DNA of 64,000 nt. Source: Deltaproteobacteria bacterium TL4. GTDB lineage: Bacteria; SAR324; NAC60-12. The notes beneath the pieces were generated by a model. It made no database searches. It had not been told where the DNA came from and saw only the letters and a program-made list of their open reading frames with translations. The DNA lies in NCBI GenBank assembly GCA_051382335.1, contig JBBCAX010000033.1:1-64000 (forward strand), written 5' to 3'. The position numbers and the translations under genes are program-made. Shown here in pieces: positions 49,974-59,492 of the stretch (positions are counted from its first letter, which is position 1; each line of letters begins with the position of its first letter).

Positions 49974-50713
49974 ATCTTTTTAAAAACCGCTTCTGCTCTT
50001 TCCAAATCTTTGGGACAATCTACTCCTACCCCTTCATTTTGAGCTTTGACGCAAAGTATGGTTTCTCCATGCTCTAAAATTCGAAGCTGCTCTAACTCTT
50101 CAGACTGTTCCAAAAGCGAACGATTCCATCGATGAAACTCTAATAAAAAGGATTTTTTGTAAAGATACACGCCGATATGTTTCCATCGTGTTGTTTGAAA
50201 GCCCCTGGAATAGGGAAGAGGAGAACGTGAGAAATACAGAGCTTCTTTTTGCTGATTAAAAACCACTTTGACAATATTAGGATCCAAAAAATGTTGTTCC
50301 TCCAAGATGGGAATTGTCAGCGTCGCGACTTTAGCGTTACCATGAGCCATTGTGCTTTGAATCAGTGTTTCCAAATCATCAGGATTAATCAAAGGTTCAT
50401 CTCCTTGGACATTAAGAACCCATTCACAGGACAAGTTAGCAATTGCTTCAAGCACTCGATCCGTCCCTGTCGCATGATCGGATCGAGTCATCACAACCTC
50501 ACCGCCAAAGGACTGAACGACTCTATAGATTCGATCATCGTCGGTTGCGATAACTACTCGATCTACCGAGGCAACTTTGTGGACTCTTTCATAAACGTGT
50601 TGAATCATGGGCTTGCCCGCAATCAAAACCAAAGGTTTACCAGGAAAACGACTGGATTGATATCGTGCGGGGATGACTGCAATAACATTCAAAGGTGCTG
50701 TTGTTTGCTGCAT
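49964..50713 (-). CDS. kdsB: 3-deoxy-manno-octulosonate cytidylyltransferase (CMP-Kdo synthetase)
   Basis: IPARYQSSRFPGKPL, ATDD, GTDR, NVQGDEP, YFSRSP, HIGVY, LEQLR. Confidence 0.95.
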   Translation of the reverse strand: MQQTTAPLNVIAVIPARYQSSRFPGKPLVLIAGKPMIQHVYERVHKVASVDRVVIATDDDRIYRVVQSFGGEVVMTRSDHATGTDRVLEAIANLSCEWVLNVQGDEPLINPDDLETLIQSTMAHGNAKVATLTIPILEEQHFLDPNIVKVVFNQQKEALYFSRSPLPYSRGFQTTRWKHIGVYLYKKSFLLEFHRWNRSLLEQSEELEQLRILEHGETILCVKAQNEGVGVDCPKDLERAEAVFKKIQG

Positions 50714-50986
50714 TTCTACCTCATTAGAAACGTAAATGGTTACTCAAAAGTTATTAATTTTCGGGTCATCGTCTTTGAACCACAAACATTGGAAATTCCA
50801 TGATATGTAGTGACTCTAGTCCTTTTTTTAAAACGAAAAAGAGTGAATTTGTATTGACCTTCAAATCCTTCATGATTTTTTTTATAAAAACTATTGAATG
50901 TCAGTTCAAAAATCGTTAGTAAAGAACATGAGGCCGTGTGTGACTGCCTTCTCTTGATTCAGAATCTGTGATAAGTCTAAACTCAA

Positions 50987-51277
50987 ATGGAGAAACCTGT
51001 GGATTCAGAGATTCTAGTACGGGACGTTTCCCTAAAGCACATCATTAATAGAAACGAAGAACGTGTTGGTCGTCTGATGCCTAGGGTTCTGGATGAGTTT
51101 CCCGGCAGGAATTTTTCTGATATCGATATTGAAGATATCTATGCCTTAACCTTAAACCGTCTGACTCCCCGCTATGTTCAGTTTGGCAGCTTAATCGAAC
51201 ATGAAGACCTTACAGACGAACGTATACAGGATCAGATTCGAAACGCAATCAGAATTGTTACAACGCATCCTCGATAG
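50987..51277 (+). CDS. ComFB family (late competence development / cyclic-dinucleotide receptor) protein
   Basis: N..EE.V, DIYALTLNRLTPRYV, AIRIVTTHPR C-terminus. Confidence 0.75.
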   Translation: MEKPVDSEILVRDVSLKHIINRNEERVGRLMPRVLDEFPGRNFSDIDIEDIYALTLNRLTPRYVQFGSLIEHEDLTDERIQDQIRNAIRIVTTHPR

Positions 51278-51445
51278 TTTCATTGCTCATGTTCTCCTAG
51301 ATGTGCACCTTCTTTGCATTCCTTAATTGAATTGACGGGTTTTTGCTTCAAAAGGAAAAAAATAAATTCATAAACCATGGTTTTGGCTCCTTTAGAAGAA
51401 AATATTTCCACCCTCGTCGGATAGAAACTACTTCCAGGATCGGTT

Positions 51446-51673
51446 ATGAGTGACCTCGCCAAAGAAATGCAAGAAGTCATCGAAGCACTTCAACTTGAAA
51501 ATGCGATTGACGAACAAAATGAAAGAGCACGAGATGGTCTTGGTGCCGCGAAGCTTGATCCATTTCGTGCGGAATATCGCAGAGGGGTGATGTATGGCCT
51601 GCAAAAAATGAAGCGAGTATTAATCGTACACGCCATGAGACAGAATAAGCCTTACCCTCCTCCAAAGGAATAA
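51446..51673 (+). CDS. Small hypothetical protein
   Basis: 75-aa ORF with AGGA RBS and plausible helical composition. Confidence 0.6.
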   Translation: MSDLAKEMQEVIEALQLENAIDEQNERARDGLGAAKLDPFRAEYRRGVMYGLQKMKRVLIVHAMRQNKPYPPPKE

Positions 51674-51782
51674 TGCATCATTTTCTTGCAGTTTCCACAA
51701 TTCCTTACTACAAAACCACCATCTCATTTCCGAAACAATACCATCCAAATGAAGCATTAAAATGGAAATCGCTCAAATAAAC

Positions 51783-51867
51783 GGAACTTAAAGTTCTTTT
51801 TTAGGAGGTGATAGAACATAAATGTTATTTGATATCAATATTTTATTTAAATGGCCCACTTACTGCT
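51783..51867 (+). promoter_or_regulatory. Sigma-54 promoter with IHF site and upstream inverted-repeat activator box (upstream of dksA)
   Basis: TGGCCCACTTACTGCT (GG-N10-GC) at 51852-51867; TATCAATATTTTA (exact WATCAAN4TTR) at 51833-51845; GGAACTTAAAGTTCT at 51783-51797. Confidence 0.7.
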
Positions 51868-51928
51868 AAACGCAAATCTCTAGAATGTTATGAGACTTAA
51901 TTCTTTTTTTGACAACGGAGGTACTAGC

Positions 51929-52312
51929 ATGAAGGATATTTTAGCAAAACTACAGGAAGAGAAGCATAAAATAATGCAACAATTACAAACTAATGGACTC
52001 TCCAGTGAAGAGCATGATGTCGGAGATGACATTGATAACTCAGTTGAAGAGCAAACATACCGACTGCGGGATCTTTTAGGTGACAGGGAAAGAGCCAAAC
52101 TGGAACAAATCAATGATGCCTTACGACGCTTTGAATCGGGAGAATATGGCTATTGTGATGAGTGCGGTGATCCTATTGCTCCGAAGCGTCTTAAGGCTCT
52201 TCCTTTTGCACGAATGTGCGTAGAGTGCCAACAACAAACGGAACGACAATACTATCAAGGCAGTTTATTACATAATAATCGAGGTTACTATCTTGAAGAA
52301 AACGACCAATAG
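51929..52312 (+). CDS. dksA: DksA/TraR family C4 zinc-finger transcription factor
   Basis: GDDIDNS coiled-coil tip, GEYGYCDECG..I...RL.A.P.ARMCVECQ; GGAG RBS before ATG 51929. Confidence 0.85.
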   Translation: MKDILAKLQEEKHKIMQQLQTNGLSSEEHDVGDDIDNSVEEQTYRLRDLLGDRERAKLEQINDALRRFESGEYGYCDECGDPIAPKRLKALPFARMCVECQQQTERQYYQGSLLHNNRGYYLEENDQ

Positions 52313-52369
52313 GACTATAGTCATGGTGATGCAACAATAATTGGGAACACTTTGCAAAAAGTCCAAACT

Positions 52370-53791
52370 ATGAAATCTATTCTTGTTATCTCGCAATCAT
52401 CATCGTCACAAGAAATACACCAGGCGTTATTTGCAAAGTACCGTATTGATGTAGCCTCTAGCTTTCAGGAATGTTTTCAAAAATATTCGCAAAATCGTTA
52501 TGAATTTGCCTTCCTTGAATTAACCCTGTTGCAAGAAAATTTTTCAGAATATACCCTCGACAACTGCAGAAAAGCACTTCAACCCCTCAGACGAGTTTTT
52601 CCAGCCTCCCAAATTATCGTGATTTCCAGACAGGATCAGCTGAGAGACGCTGTGTTTGTCCTTAAAGCTGGTGCGAGTAATTACCTCACGACACCAATCA
52701 ACGCTGATGAGCTTAAGCACGTCATTGAAAGCACCAATGAGGCGATTCGTATTAGGTCTGAATTGGATTATCTTCGGGATCAGTTTTGGCAAAGAGACTC
52801 GCTCCAAATCATCCGAACCAATAATGCTGTCATGAAAAAAGTATTTCAGCAGATACGTTCTGTGGCTCCTACTAAAACAACGGTGTTATTGCTAGGAGAG
52901 ACGGGAGTAGGGAAGGGTATAATTGCTAAACTGCTTCATCATCACAGTGAACGTCAAAATAATCCGTTCATTCATGTCCATTGTGGTGCCATGCCTGACA
53001 CTCTGCTCGAAAGTGAATTGTTTGGACACGAAAAAGGTGCGTTTACCGGGGCGGTGAAAAGAAAACTGGGGCGCTTTGAAATTGCAAAAGGGGGAACCAT
53101 TTTTTTGGACGAAATCAACACCATTACTCCTGCGGCACAAATTAAATTATTACAAGTTTTGCAGGATAAAATATTTCAACGTGTGGGGGGGGAACACTTT
53201 ATTGAATCCGATATTCGTGCCATTATCGCCTCTAACCAGGATTTGCGCAAAATGAGTGAAGCCGGAGAATTTCGGAGTGATTTATATTATCGCTTGAGTG
53301 TGTTTCCTATTGAAATTCCGCCTTTAAGGGAACGTCCTGAAGATATTCTGATTTTGGCCAATACGTTTCTTGACAAACTCAATCAACTCTATTTTAAAGA
53401 GATCTATGATTTCCATCCTCTGGTAATAGAAGCACTGCAGAAATACCTGTGGCCTGGTAATATTCGGGAATTGGAGAACCTCATGGAGCGGGCTTACATT
53501 TTAGAAACATCTTCTGTCTTAACTCCTGAAAGCTTTCCTCAGGAATTGTTTAATTCAGATCTTCCTAAGGCTAAAGTGCTTTTGGATACCTCCTTGTCTT
53601 TGGCGGAAATGAGACAACTCAACCTGGAGTACATCGAACGACAGTATCTGAAAGAACTGTTGGCCCGCCATCAAGGAAAGATCAATCATACCGCTGAAGC
53701 TGCCGGGATTAGCACCCGCCAACTTCATAAATTACTCACAAAATACAAAATTCGTAAAGAAGAATTCAAAAATGTCACGTTCCATATATAG
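52370..53791 (+). CDS. Sigma-54-dependent enhancer-binding protein (NtrC/FleQ-like) with atypical receiver domain
   Basis: GETGVGK, ESELFGHEKGAFTGA, FLDEI, FRSDLYYRL, WPGNIRELEN, C-terminal Fis-type HTH. Confidence 0.93.
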   Translation: MKSILVISQSSSSQEIHQALFAKYRIDVASSFQECFQKYSQNRYEFAFLELTLLQENFSEYTLDNCRKALQPLRRVFPASQIIVISRQDQLRDAVFVLKAGASNYLTTPINADELKHVIESTNEAIRIRSELDYLRDQFWQRDSLQIIRTNNAVMKKVFQQIRSVAPTKTTVLLLGETGVGKGIIAKLLHHHSERQNNPFIHVHCGAMPDTLLESELFGHEKGAFTGAVKRKLGRFEIAKGGTIFLDEINTITPAAQIKLLQVLQDKIFQRVGGEHFIESDIRAIIASNQDLRKMSEAGEFRSDLYYRLSVFPIEIPPLRERPEDILILANTFLDKLNQLYFKEIYDFHPLVIEALQKYLWPGNIRELENLMERAYILETSSVLTPESFPQELFNSDLPKAKVLLDTSLSLAEMRQLNLEYIERQYLKELLARHQGKINHTAEAAGISTRQLHKLLTKYKIRKEEFKNVTFHI

Positions 53792-53793
53792 TG

Positions 53794-53840
53794 GGAATTC
53801 CAAGTTCCGAATGGGCTTTACTGTAGTACTTATGAGTTCC
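53794..53840. promoter_or_regulatory. Tandem putative activator-binding boxes immediately after the activator gene
   Basis: GGAATTCCAAGTTCC (53794-53808) and GTACTTATGAGTTCC (53826-53840), 32 bp apart. Confidence 0.5.
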
Positions 53841-54057
53841 GATTTTAGAATACCTTTCATTACTTTAACTAGCTCATCACCAGCAATACTTCTGCCATTT
53901 AAAATTTATGGGAGCGAAATTGCAAAATAACCCCCGCAATTACAGTATTTTTCAAATAACTCCTCATGCTAATCTTCCGAAAATCCTCTCTGTCTGTTTT
54001 ATTATTTGAAATATTTGTCCTGAAATAGTGCCCACCTTGGCGACTTTCTATAAAAAC

Positions 54058-54141
54058 AGAATCTACGGTTCTTTTTTAATTACATTAAAAATTAACTCAT
54101 TCAATTAAATCAGCATGATAAAAGATGGCATATTAGTTGAG
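54058..54141 (+). promoter_or_regulatory. Second putative sigma-54 promoter with the same architecture
   Basis: AGAATCTACGGTTCT at 54058-54072; IHF-like AATCAGCATGATA at 54108-54120; TGGCATATTAGTTGAG at 54126-54141 (-12 element is GA, not GC). Confidence 0.55.
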
Positions 54142-54187
54142 ACATCATCAGTATATGATCATGTGAGTCATTCATTCTTTAACCCTA

Positions 54188-54469
54188 ATGATAGCTATGG
54201 AAACAGAAGTACGTCAAGAATCGGTTTTGGAAATTACAGGAATCATCATCCCTAATGATTGGGGGGCACAAAATGCGGTGACCTCCATTGTGATGTGTAC
54301 TCCGGGCGAGAAGGAATACCTGATTGAGCAAAATTCACAAGGACAAGAATTACTGGAATACATTCGCCGTATGAAGAGAGCAAAGGTTAAACTCAAAGGC
54401 AACCTGAAAAAAGATAAATATGGAAAAAACCTGGTGCAGGTGAGCAAATACAAAGTTCTGGAATGGTGA
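54188..54469 (+). CDS. Small hypothetical protein (possible OB-fold-like beta protein)
   Basis: ITGIIIP..W...EYLI...G.EL...KV.LKG...V..Y pattern; downstream of the sigma-54-type promoter. Confidence 0.7.
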   Translation: MIAMETEVRQESVLEITGIIIPNDWGAQNAVTSIVMCTPGEKEYLIEQNSQGQELLEYIRRMKRAKVKLKGNLKKDKYGKNLVQVSKYKVLEW

Positions 54470-54575
54470 ATATTGGAGTTTTCGAACAATAGTTCTGCAT
54501 GAAAGTAACGGGATCGTGTGGCTCGTGTTTACGGGATAAAACCCGATGTTTTAGGATATTAGCGTTTATCTGTGG

Positions 54576-54600
54576 CGTTCCCACGCAAGGCATGGGAACG
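54576..54600. repeat. REP-like palindrome
   Basis: cgttccca-cgcaaggca-tgggaacg, similar to the CGTTCCCACGC..GCGTGGGAACG REP type; lies between convergent genes. Confidence 0.65.
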
Positions 54601-54645
54601 ATATAAAATTCCAGTTCAAACCCAGTCTATAGACGAAAGGCTGGA

Positions 54646-57600
54646 CTAGTACCGACCTGAAGGCAGGGAATGAAAACCTGGAACAAGGTCTGTATCATTG
54701 TTGTCGTTTTCTCCTGAATCCGCAGCATACGTCCAGGTATAGACCTCCCGATTTCCTGTCACATCAATTGTATTACCAAGAGCATCCACCACACCGGTTA
54801 CGATAATGGTATTGGCTGGTCCTTTGGTAACAGCTACAGTCTGATCTGTGGTCGCAACCTCAGTTCCCGCAGTGTAAGCGTAGGTAATCGCCGCACCAGT
54901 AGCATTTCCTCCAGTCAACGGAGGCTCTGCAGCCGTTCCTGCTTTGATTAAGGCAATGGAGACTTTAACGTATTCTCCAGTAACCGCTGGGGTTTGAGTT
55001 GAATCGGCATCCGCAATATCGTTAGCCGCTCCTACAGTAATTGTTTTGATTTTATAACCGGAAGGAATTGGTGTAAAATTGGTTGGATTCGCAACCGAAC
55101 CTATATCTGTGATCGTTGTCTCATTGTTAGTTGTGTTGATCTCAAACGAATTCGCATCTGAATCCAGGCCAACCGCTTTATTTGTGGTAAAGAAGTAGAC
55201 CTCTACCGTCAAGGTTGGATTAGCGGCTGTATAGGTATCACCAAAAATTCGCTTAAGATCCCCTTTTTTGATAAAATGGCGAGCTGTCACATTAGTCATC
55301 GCTGTAGTGGTCGTTCCCTTTGTGTCATCTTGTTGAAGATTTGCTGTCGTTACAACGAAATCTTTTAAGGAAATTCCCCCAAATCCATCCATCACCGGAT
55401 TCACTCCGATGATTCTATTATTTTGACCTGCATCAGCGGTAGCGGTAATGGTCGTCGCACCATCTGAATCATAATCAACGGTCCCTACAAAATTTCTGGC
55501 CAAGGTTAGGGTTGCGCGTGTACTTGAATTACAAACCACGGATCGGATCTTAAAGGTTGAACCATCTGCGCTGCTTGTAGTGCCGGGAGTTCCAGCCAAG
55601 GTTGCCGCACCTGTTGAACTCCCTGTATTATACGTGATGGCATAATTTGCGGGATTACAAATGGAAGTGGCATAATCATCGCCATACAAATCTACAGAGT
55701 TATTCATGGCTTCTGTATAGTTGACTACGACTGTGGCTGGGCTCAAAATCATTTCATCATCTGTCGCGAAGTCAGCTCCAGTTTCGGTGATCGTTATTGG
55801 CGCAGCATTTGTGGTTTCTGTTAAACGAGGTCCAACCTCATCGATCTTACCAGCTAATCCTGCACCATAGGCATTCAAATAGGTCCCATTATCACTACCG
55901 TTCAAAACAGTAGCACCACTCGCGTCATTAGCCACTGTGTTAGCTCCGGCGATATTATTAGTACCATCGTACAAGCTCACAGTAGGAGCCAAGTCCGCAA
56001 CCGTTGTATTCGCCACCAGCGTTTCGCCCGTCGCGCTTGTTAACTGCGCTGATACATCATTTACATAAATACGAACCTTGGTTTTGGTGTCTGTTTCATA
56101 AGCATACGCAGTATTAACTCCATTGTTTTGCAACTGCGTAAACCCGATGACTCCTGCCACTAACTTGGGATGATTCGCATTCACCGTTAAGCCCCCAGCC
56201 AACGCTAAACCACCAACAATTGTGGTTACATTCACGGGTTCTGTAAACGTAACTTCCACATAATCTTCAGTGGTACTTACTGTAACGGTTTGCGCTAAGG
56301 GAGGAATCCCATCTACCAGATATCCGACCTTGTGAGTGGACGTTATCGTATTGCCATGAAGATCGGTGATTCCCGTTAGCTGAATTCCCAGTCCTGTTCT
56401 TACGTTGAAGACATTATCCAATCCCAACGTAATAGCCTGATATTTGGATTTGGCTGTAGCTTCAGAGTCATTGTTTAAGTCAAGTCCGGGCCAACTACTG
56501 AATGAGGTAGCTGTTCCATAATTGACACTGGTATTTCCAAGACCTGAAGCCATGTTTTTTCCATCAAGCGCTGTGATTGCTGGAACTTTGGTACCTGCGG
56601 CAGAAGCGGGATCAGCTCCATAATAAAGAGTTGCCTCCGTACTTGTTAAACTGGTATTTTCAAAAGCGTTGTTCACCATCACCAACGTGATATTATCCGA
56701 TTTTCCATCGTTATTGGCATCCACATTCACTGTAGCTTTAGCAAGTGGTTCTGAGGTCTTAATCGTAATATTATACTTAGTGGACTGATCATTGGTACGG
56801 AATGAATCACGAGCGGCAGTTAAAGAGTCACTTCCTTGACTATTCGTGTTATCACTGTAGCTCTCTACAGAGCTGATATCCACTGTGTTGCCATCGGAAT
56901 CCAAAGTCACTCTGGCAAATGGATAGTTACGGGTGGCAGCCGTCAGATTCGCTGGTCCAATTCTCGGAGGTGTATTGTCTTTGACACGTACTGTTGTGGA
57001 TTGGGTCCCTTCCAAACCATTGATGTCAATAGGTCCGACTTTTACGTCCATCTGCATCAAGGTCCAACCGTCGCCGGAAGCATCGGTTGCATCTTCCAAG
57101 CTATAGGTTGCAAACGCGCCTTCTGTGTCATTATCTTCCAAACCCGCGTTTGTCGCATTATCGTCCCATGTATCCCAAAAATTAGTCCCAGTCCATGACA
57201 TTTCGCTTGGAGGATCGTAGCTTAGTTTGGTTTCACCAATTTCCACAAAAGGACCAATGGTTCTTGTTGAAGATTCTTGTATTTCCAGCCCTTGTCCCCA
57301 GACACGGTATGCGTAAGCGCCAACAACCGGTGTCCAATCAACATGAACTTTAACCGTTGGTTCCAACAGTGTCGCTGCTGCGGTATCTGCACTGCTGGCT
57401 ACCACGGTTGGAGCGACAAAGGTCGGAGTTTCTGCCGCGATAGTGAAGTCTAGAATACCAGCATTAGCGACTGCGGGAGCACCAGAACACGTGAGACTCG
57501 TATCAAAACTCAGAGCGTCAACGGGTTCTCCTGCCGTACCATTATCCTTTCCAGAGGGACACGTAAAAGCCCCATTCCCATCTAAATCAACCCAACCTTT

Positions 57601-59181
57601 GTAGGAGTTTCCTGCTTTATCCTTGATTAGAACCCCCTGAGTGTTAGTGGTTAAATCGATTTTGTATCGAAATCCAGCCTCTAAAGGCACTTGAGGAGTA
57701 ATTACCACAGTATTGATGACGCCCGAAACTGCTTCAAAAGAAATTTTCGCAGACACCTCTTGTGGATTATCAAAATCGTCAGTGGTGTAATCACCCCCCG
57801 CAAAATCTGCTTTTTGAATCACATCTTTGAGGAATACGTTATCAATATACGGCATTAATGCTTCATTGAAACGTACTTTGATACTTGTCGGAGCGGTTGT
57901 CGTCATGAAACCATCGGTGCTGGCTGTATCCATTGTTCCATTGCTTGTTAAAACAGCCGTCACATAAGGCATGATCACGTCCTGGATCGCCGTTACTCTA
58001 GGTAGGAAAATCGCTCCTGCTTGTGCGGCTCCTGGGAATACTCCATTATTGAACATTCCTAAAGAATAATTTCTTCGAGGTTCAATCGCCGTGGCACTGT
58101 CATAGGTTTTGGTTTGATAGCCTGTGGCCGAAATACTGATAGCATTTATTTTATCCCATGTTCCATCACAACCCAGATCCGCGGCAACCAAACCTGTAAG
58201 GGTAAATCTTCCATTTTCATCTGTTGTTACCGTTATAGGTGGAACAGAAAAAGTGTTCATGATGACGGTATCCCCGTTCGCTGTTTTATCGGAAGACACA
58301 TTTTTTTCTGGCGCATGAATCACACAATTGTACTCGTTGACCAGGTTGGTTCCCGCCGTGACACCTACTGCGGCATCAACAGTTTCCAAATTAACAACCG
58401 CTCCCGCAATAGGTTGGGCTGTTTCCGCATCGACAATCACCCCTGTAAGCGTTGAGGAATAGTCTGGAATAATGAAGTCATAGTTATCGGTTCCAGCTTC
58501 AATGGGAATATCAGTTGTAAAATCTGTGGTTGATCCCTCTGGGGATGAGATGGTTGGAAGTGTTTTAGCCACGGTTCCCACAACTGCGTTTCGGATCACC
58601 GCTGTAATGGCAGACACCCCCGTTCCTATTTTTACAACGATGGTATAAGTCCCTCTAATTTTATCGGACCCACTCCAATAACCGTTGCCATCGCCATCAT
58701 ACCAACGAGAAGGTTCAAGGTTACAGAAGAAATAGATCCCTAACGCATTGGTCGTTGCGGTTCGTATCGCACCTGAAGACGCAAGCGATACAATGGCTCC
58801 TTCGATGGAGTTTCCGCTTTGATCCACAACAGAACCCTGAATGTCGAATCCTGTCGCGGCGGTACTGGTCTCAGCGCAAATTGCTTCAACCCCTGCAAAG
58901 CCGTCTTTTCCATCTTTTCCATCTGCTCCATTTACTCCCGCAGCGCCTGCCGCACCTGCTGCACCATTGGTTCCAGGTGCTCCATCCACGCCATTCGTTC
59001 CTGCTGCCCCATTAGCTCCCGCAGCGCCTATTTCACCTGGAGCACCTTTCATTCCAGGCTTTCCATCGTCCCCTTTCAACGACTCACAGCCACCCCAAGC
59101 CAAGGCCAGAATAGCAACAAGTACCATCATTGATAAACTCAATGAACAAAACCTCGTTGATTTCTTCTTATTCCCTATCAT
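54646..59181 (-). CDS. Large surface lipoprotein with collagen-like repeat, carboxypeptidase-regulatory-like and Ig-like domains (S-layer/adhesin-like)
   Basis: Lipobox AWGG-C32, 21 GXY triplets, GxVVDxxGxxIxGAxVxL and TDENGRFTL transthyretin-like motifs, VxFxEx Ig-like (Big_5-type) repeats, Thr/Ala/Asp/Asn-rich. Confidence 0.8.
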   Translation of the reverse strand: MIGNKKKSTRFCSLSLSMMVLVAILALAWGGCESLKGDDGKPGMKGAPGEIGAAGANGAAGTNGVDGAPGTNGAAGAAGAAGVNGADGKDGKDGFAGVEAICAETSTAATGFDIQGSVVDQSGNSIEGAIVSLASSGAIRTATTNALGIYFFCNLEPSRWYDGDGNGYWSGSDKIRGTYTIVVKIGTGVSAITAVIRNAVVGTVAKTLPTISSPEGSTTDFTTDIPIEAGTDNYDFIIPDYSSTLTGVIVDAETAQPIAGAVVNLETVDAAVGVTAGTNLVNEYNCVIHAPEKNVSSDKTANGDTVIMNTFSVPPITVTTDENGRFTLTGLVAADLGCDGTWDKINAISISATGYQTKTYDSATAIEPRRNYSLGMFNNGVFPGAAQAGAIFLPRVTAIQDVIMPYVTAVLTSNGTMDTASTDGFMTTTAPTSIKVRFNEALMPYIDNVFLKDVIQKADFAGGDYTTDDFDNPQEVSAKISFEAVSGVINTVVITPQVPLEAGFRYKIDLTTNTQGVLIKDKAGNSYKGWVDLDGNGAFTCPSGKDNGTAGEPVDALSFDTSLTCSGAPAVANAGILDFTIAAETPTFVAPTVVASSADTAAATLLEPTVKVHVDWTPVVGAYAYRVWGQGLEIQESSTRTIGPFVEIGETKLSYDPPSEMSWTGTNFWDTWDDNATNAGLEDNDTEGAFATYSLEDATDASGDGWTLMQMDVKVGPIDINGLEGTQSTTVRVKDNTPPRIGPANLTAATRNYPFARVTLDSDGNTVDISSVESYSDNTNSQGSDSLTAARDSFRTNDQSTKYNITIKTSEPLAKATVNVDANNDGKSDNITLVMVNNAFENTSLTSTEATLYYGADPASAAGTKVPAITALDGKNMASGLGNTSVNYGTATSFSSWPGLDLNNDSEATAKSKYQAITLGLDNVFNVRTGLGIQLTGITDLHGNTITSTHKVGYLVDGIPPLAQTVTVSTTEDYVEVTFTEPVNVTTIVGGLALAGGLTVNANHPKLVAGVIGFTQLQNNGVNTAYAYETDTKTKVRIYVNDVSAQLTSATGETLVANTTVADLAPTVSLYDGTNNIAGANTVANDASGATVLNGSDNGTYLNAYGAGLAGKIDEVGPRLTETTNAAPITITETGADFATDDEMILSPATVVVNYTEAMNNSVDLYGDDYATSICNPANYAITYNTGSSTGAATLAGTPGTTSSADGSTFKIRSVVCNSSTRATLTLARNFVGTVDYDSDGATTITATADAGQNNRIIGVNPVMDGFGGISLKDFVVTTANLQQDDTKGTTTTAMTNVTARHFIKKGDLKRIFGDTYTAANPTLTVEVYFFTTNKAVGLDSDANSFEINTTNNETTITDIGSVANPTNFTPIPSGYKIKTITVGAANDIADADSTQTPAVTGEYVKVSIALIKAGTAAEPPLTGGNATGAAITYAYTAGTEVATTDQTVAVTKGPANTIIVTGVVDALGNTIDVTGNREVYTWTYAADSGENDNNDTDLVPGFHSLPSGRY
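58885..59073 (-). repeat. Collagen-like (Gly-X-Y)21 repeat
   Basis: GDD GKP GMK GAP GEI GAA GAN ... GKD GKD GFA GVE directly after the lipoprotein cysteine. Confidence 0.9.
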
Positions 59182-59492
59182 TTCTTTTCTCCAAGATATG
59201 TTTTCTCCAACCGTTTCAACGGATGAAAATTAACGTTAACGGATACAGATGATTCGACACATGACCCTAGTATTTTTTGAGCAATAAAAAACATTCATCA
59301 GAATGTCAAATTCTTTTTCTAAAACAAAATCAAAAATAACTTGAAACCCTCATTGATTCTCAATACTAACAATAAAAGGCCATTGTCTAGCTAAAAATAC
59401 GAACAAAAAAATCCTTGTCTTTGGAGTTTTTTCCTCGTTAATAGAATTAGGGTATGGATTTTACCCACATTCTCACGGCATGTAATTTAGTG

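Noticed and set aside
50249..50803. 184-aa + strand ORF
   Set aside because: Antisense shadow of kdsB with no recognisable motif
58755..59233. Pro/Ala-rich + strand ORFs (e.g. 58841-59233)
   Set aside because: Antisense reading of the collagen repeat
59377..59392. Third sigma-54 promoter (AGGCCATTGTCTAGCT)
   Set aside because: It has GG-N10-GC spacing but a poor match elsewhere, no associated box, and lies about 330 bp from the next start
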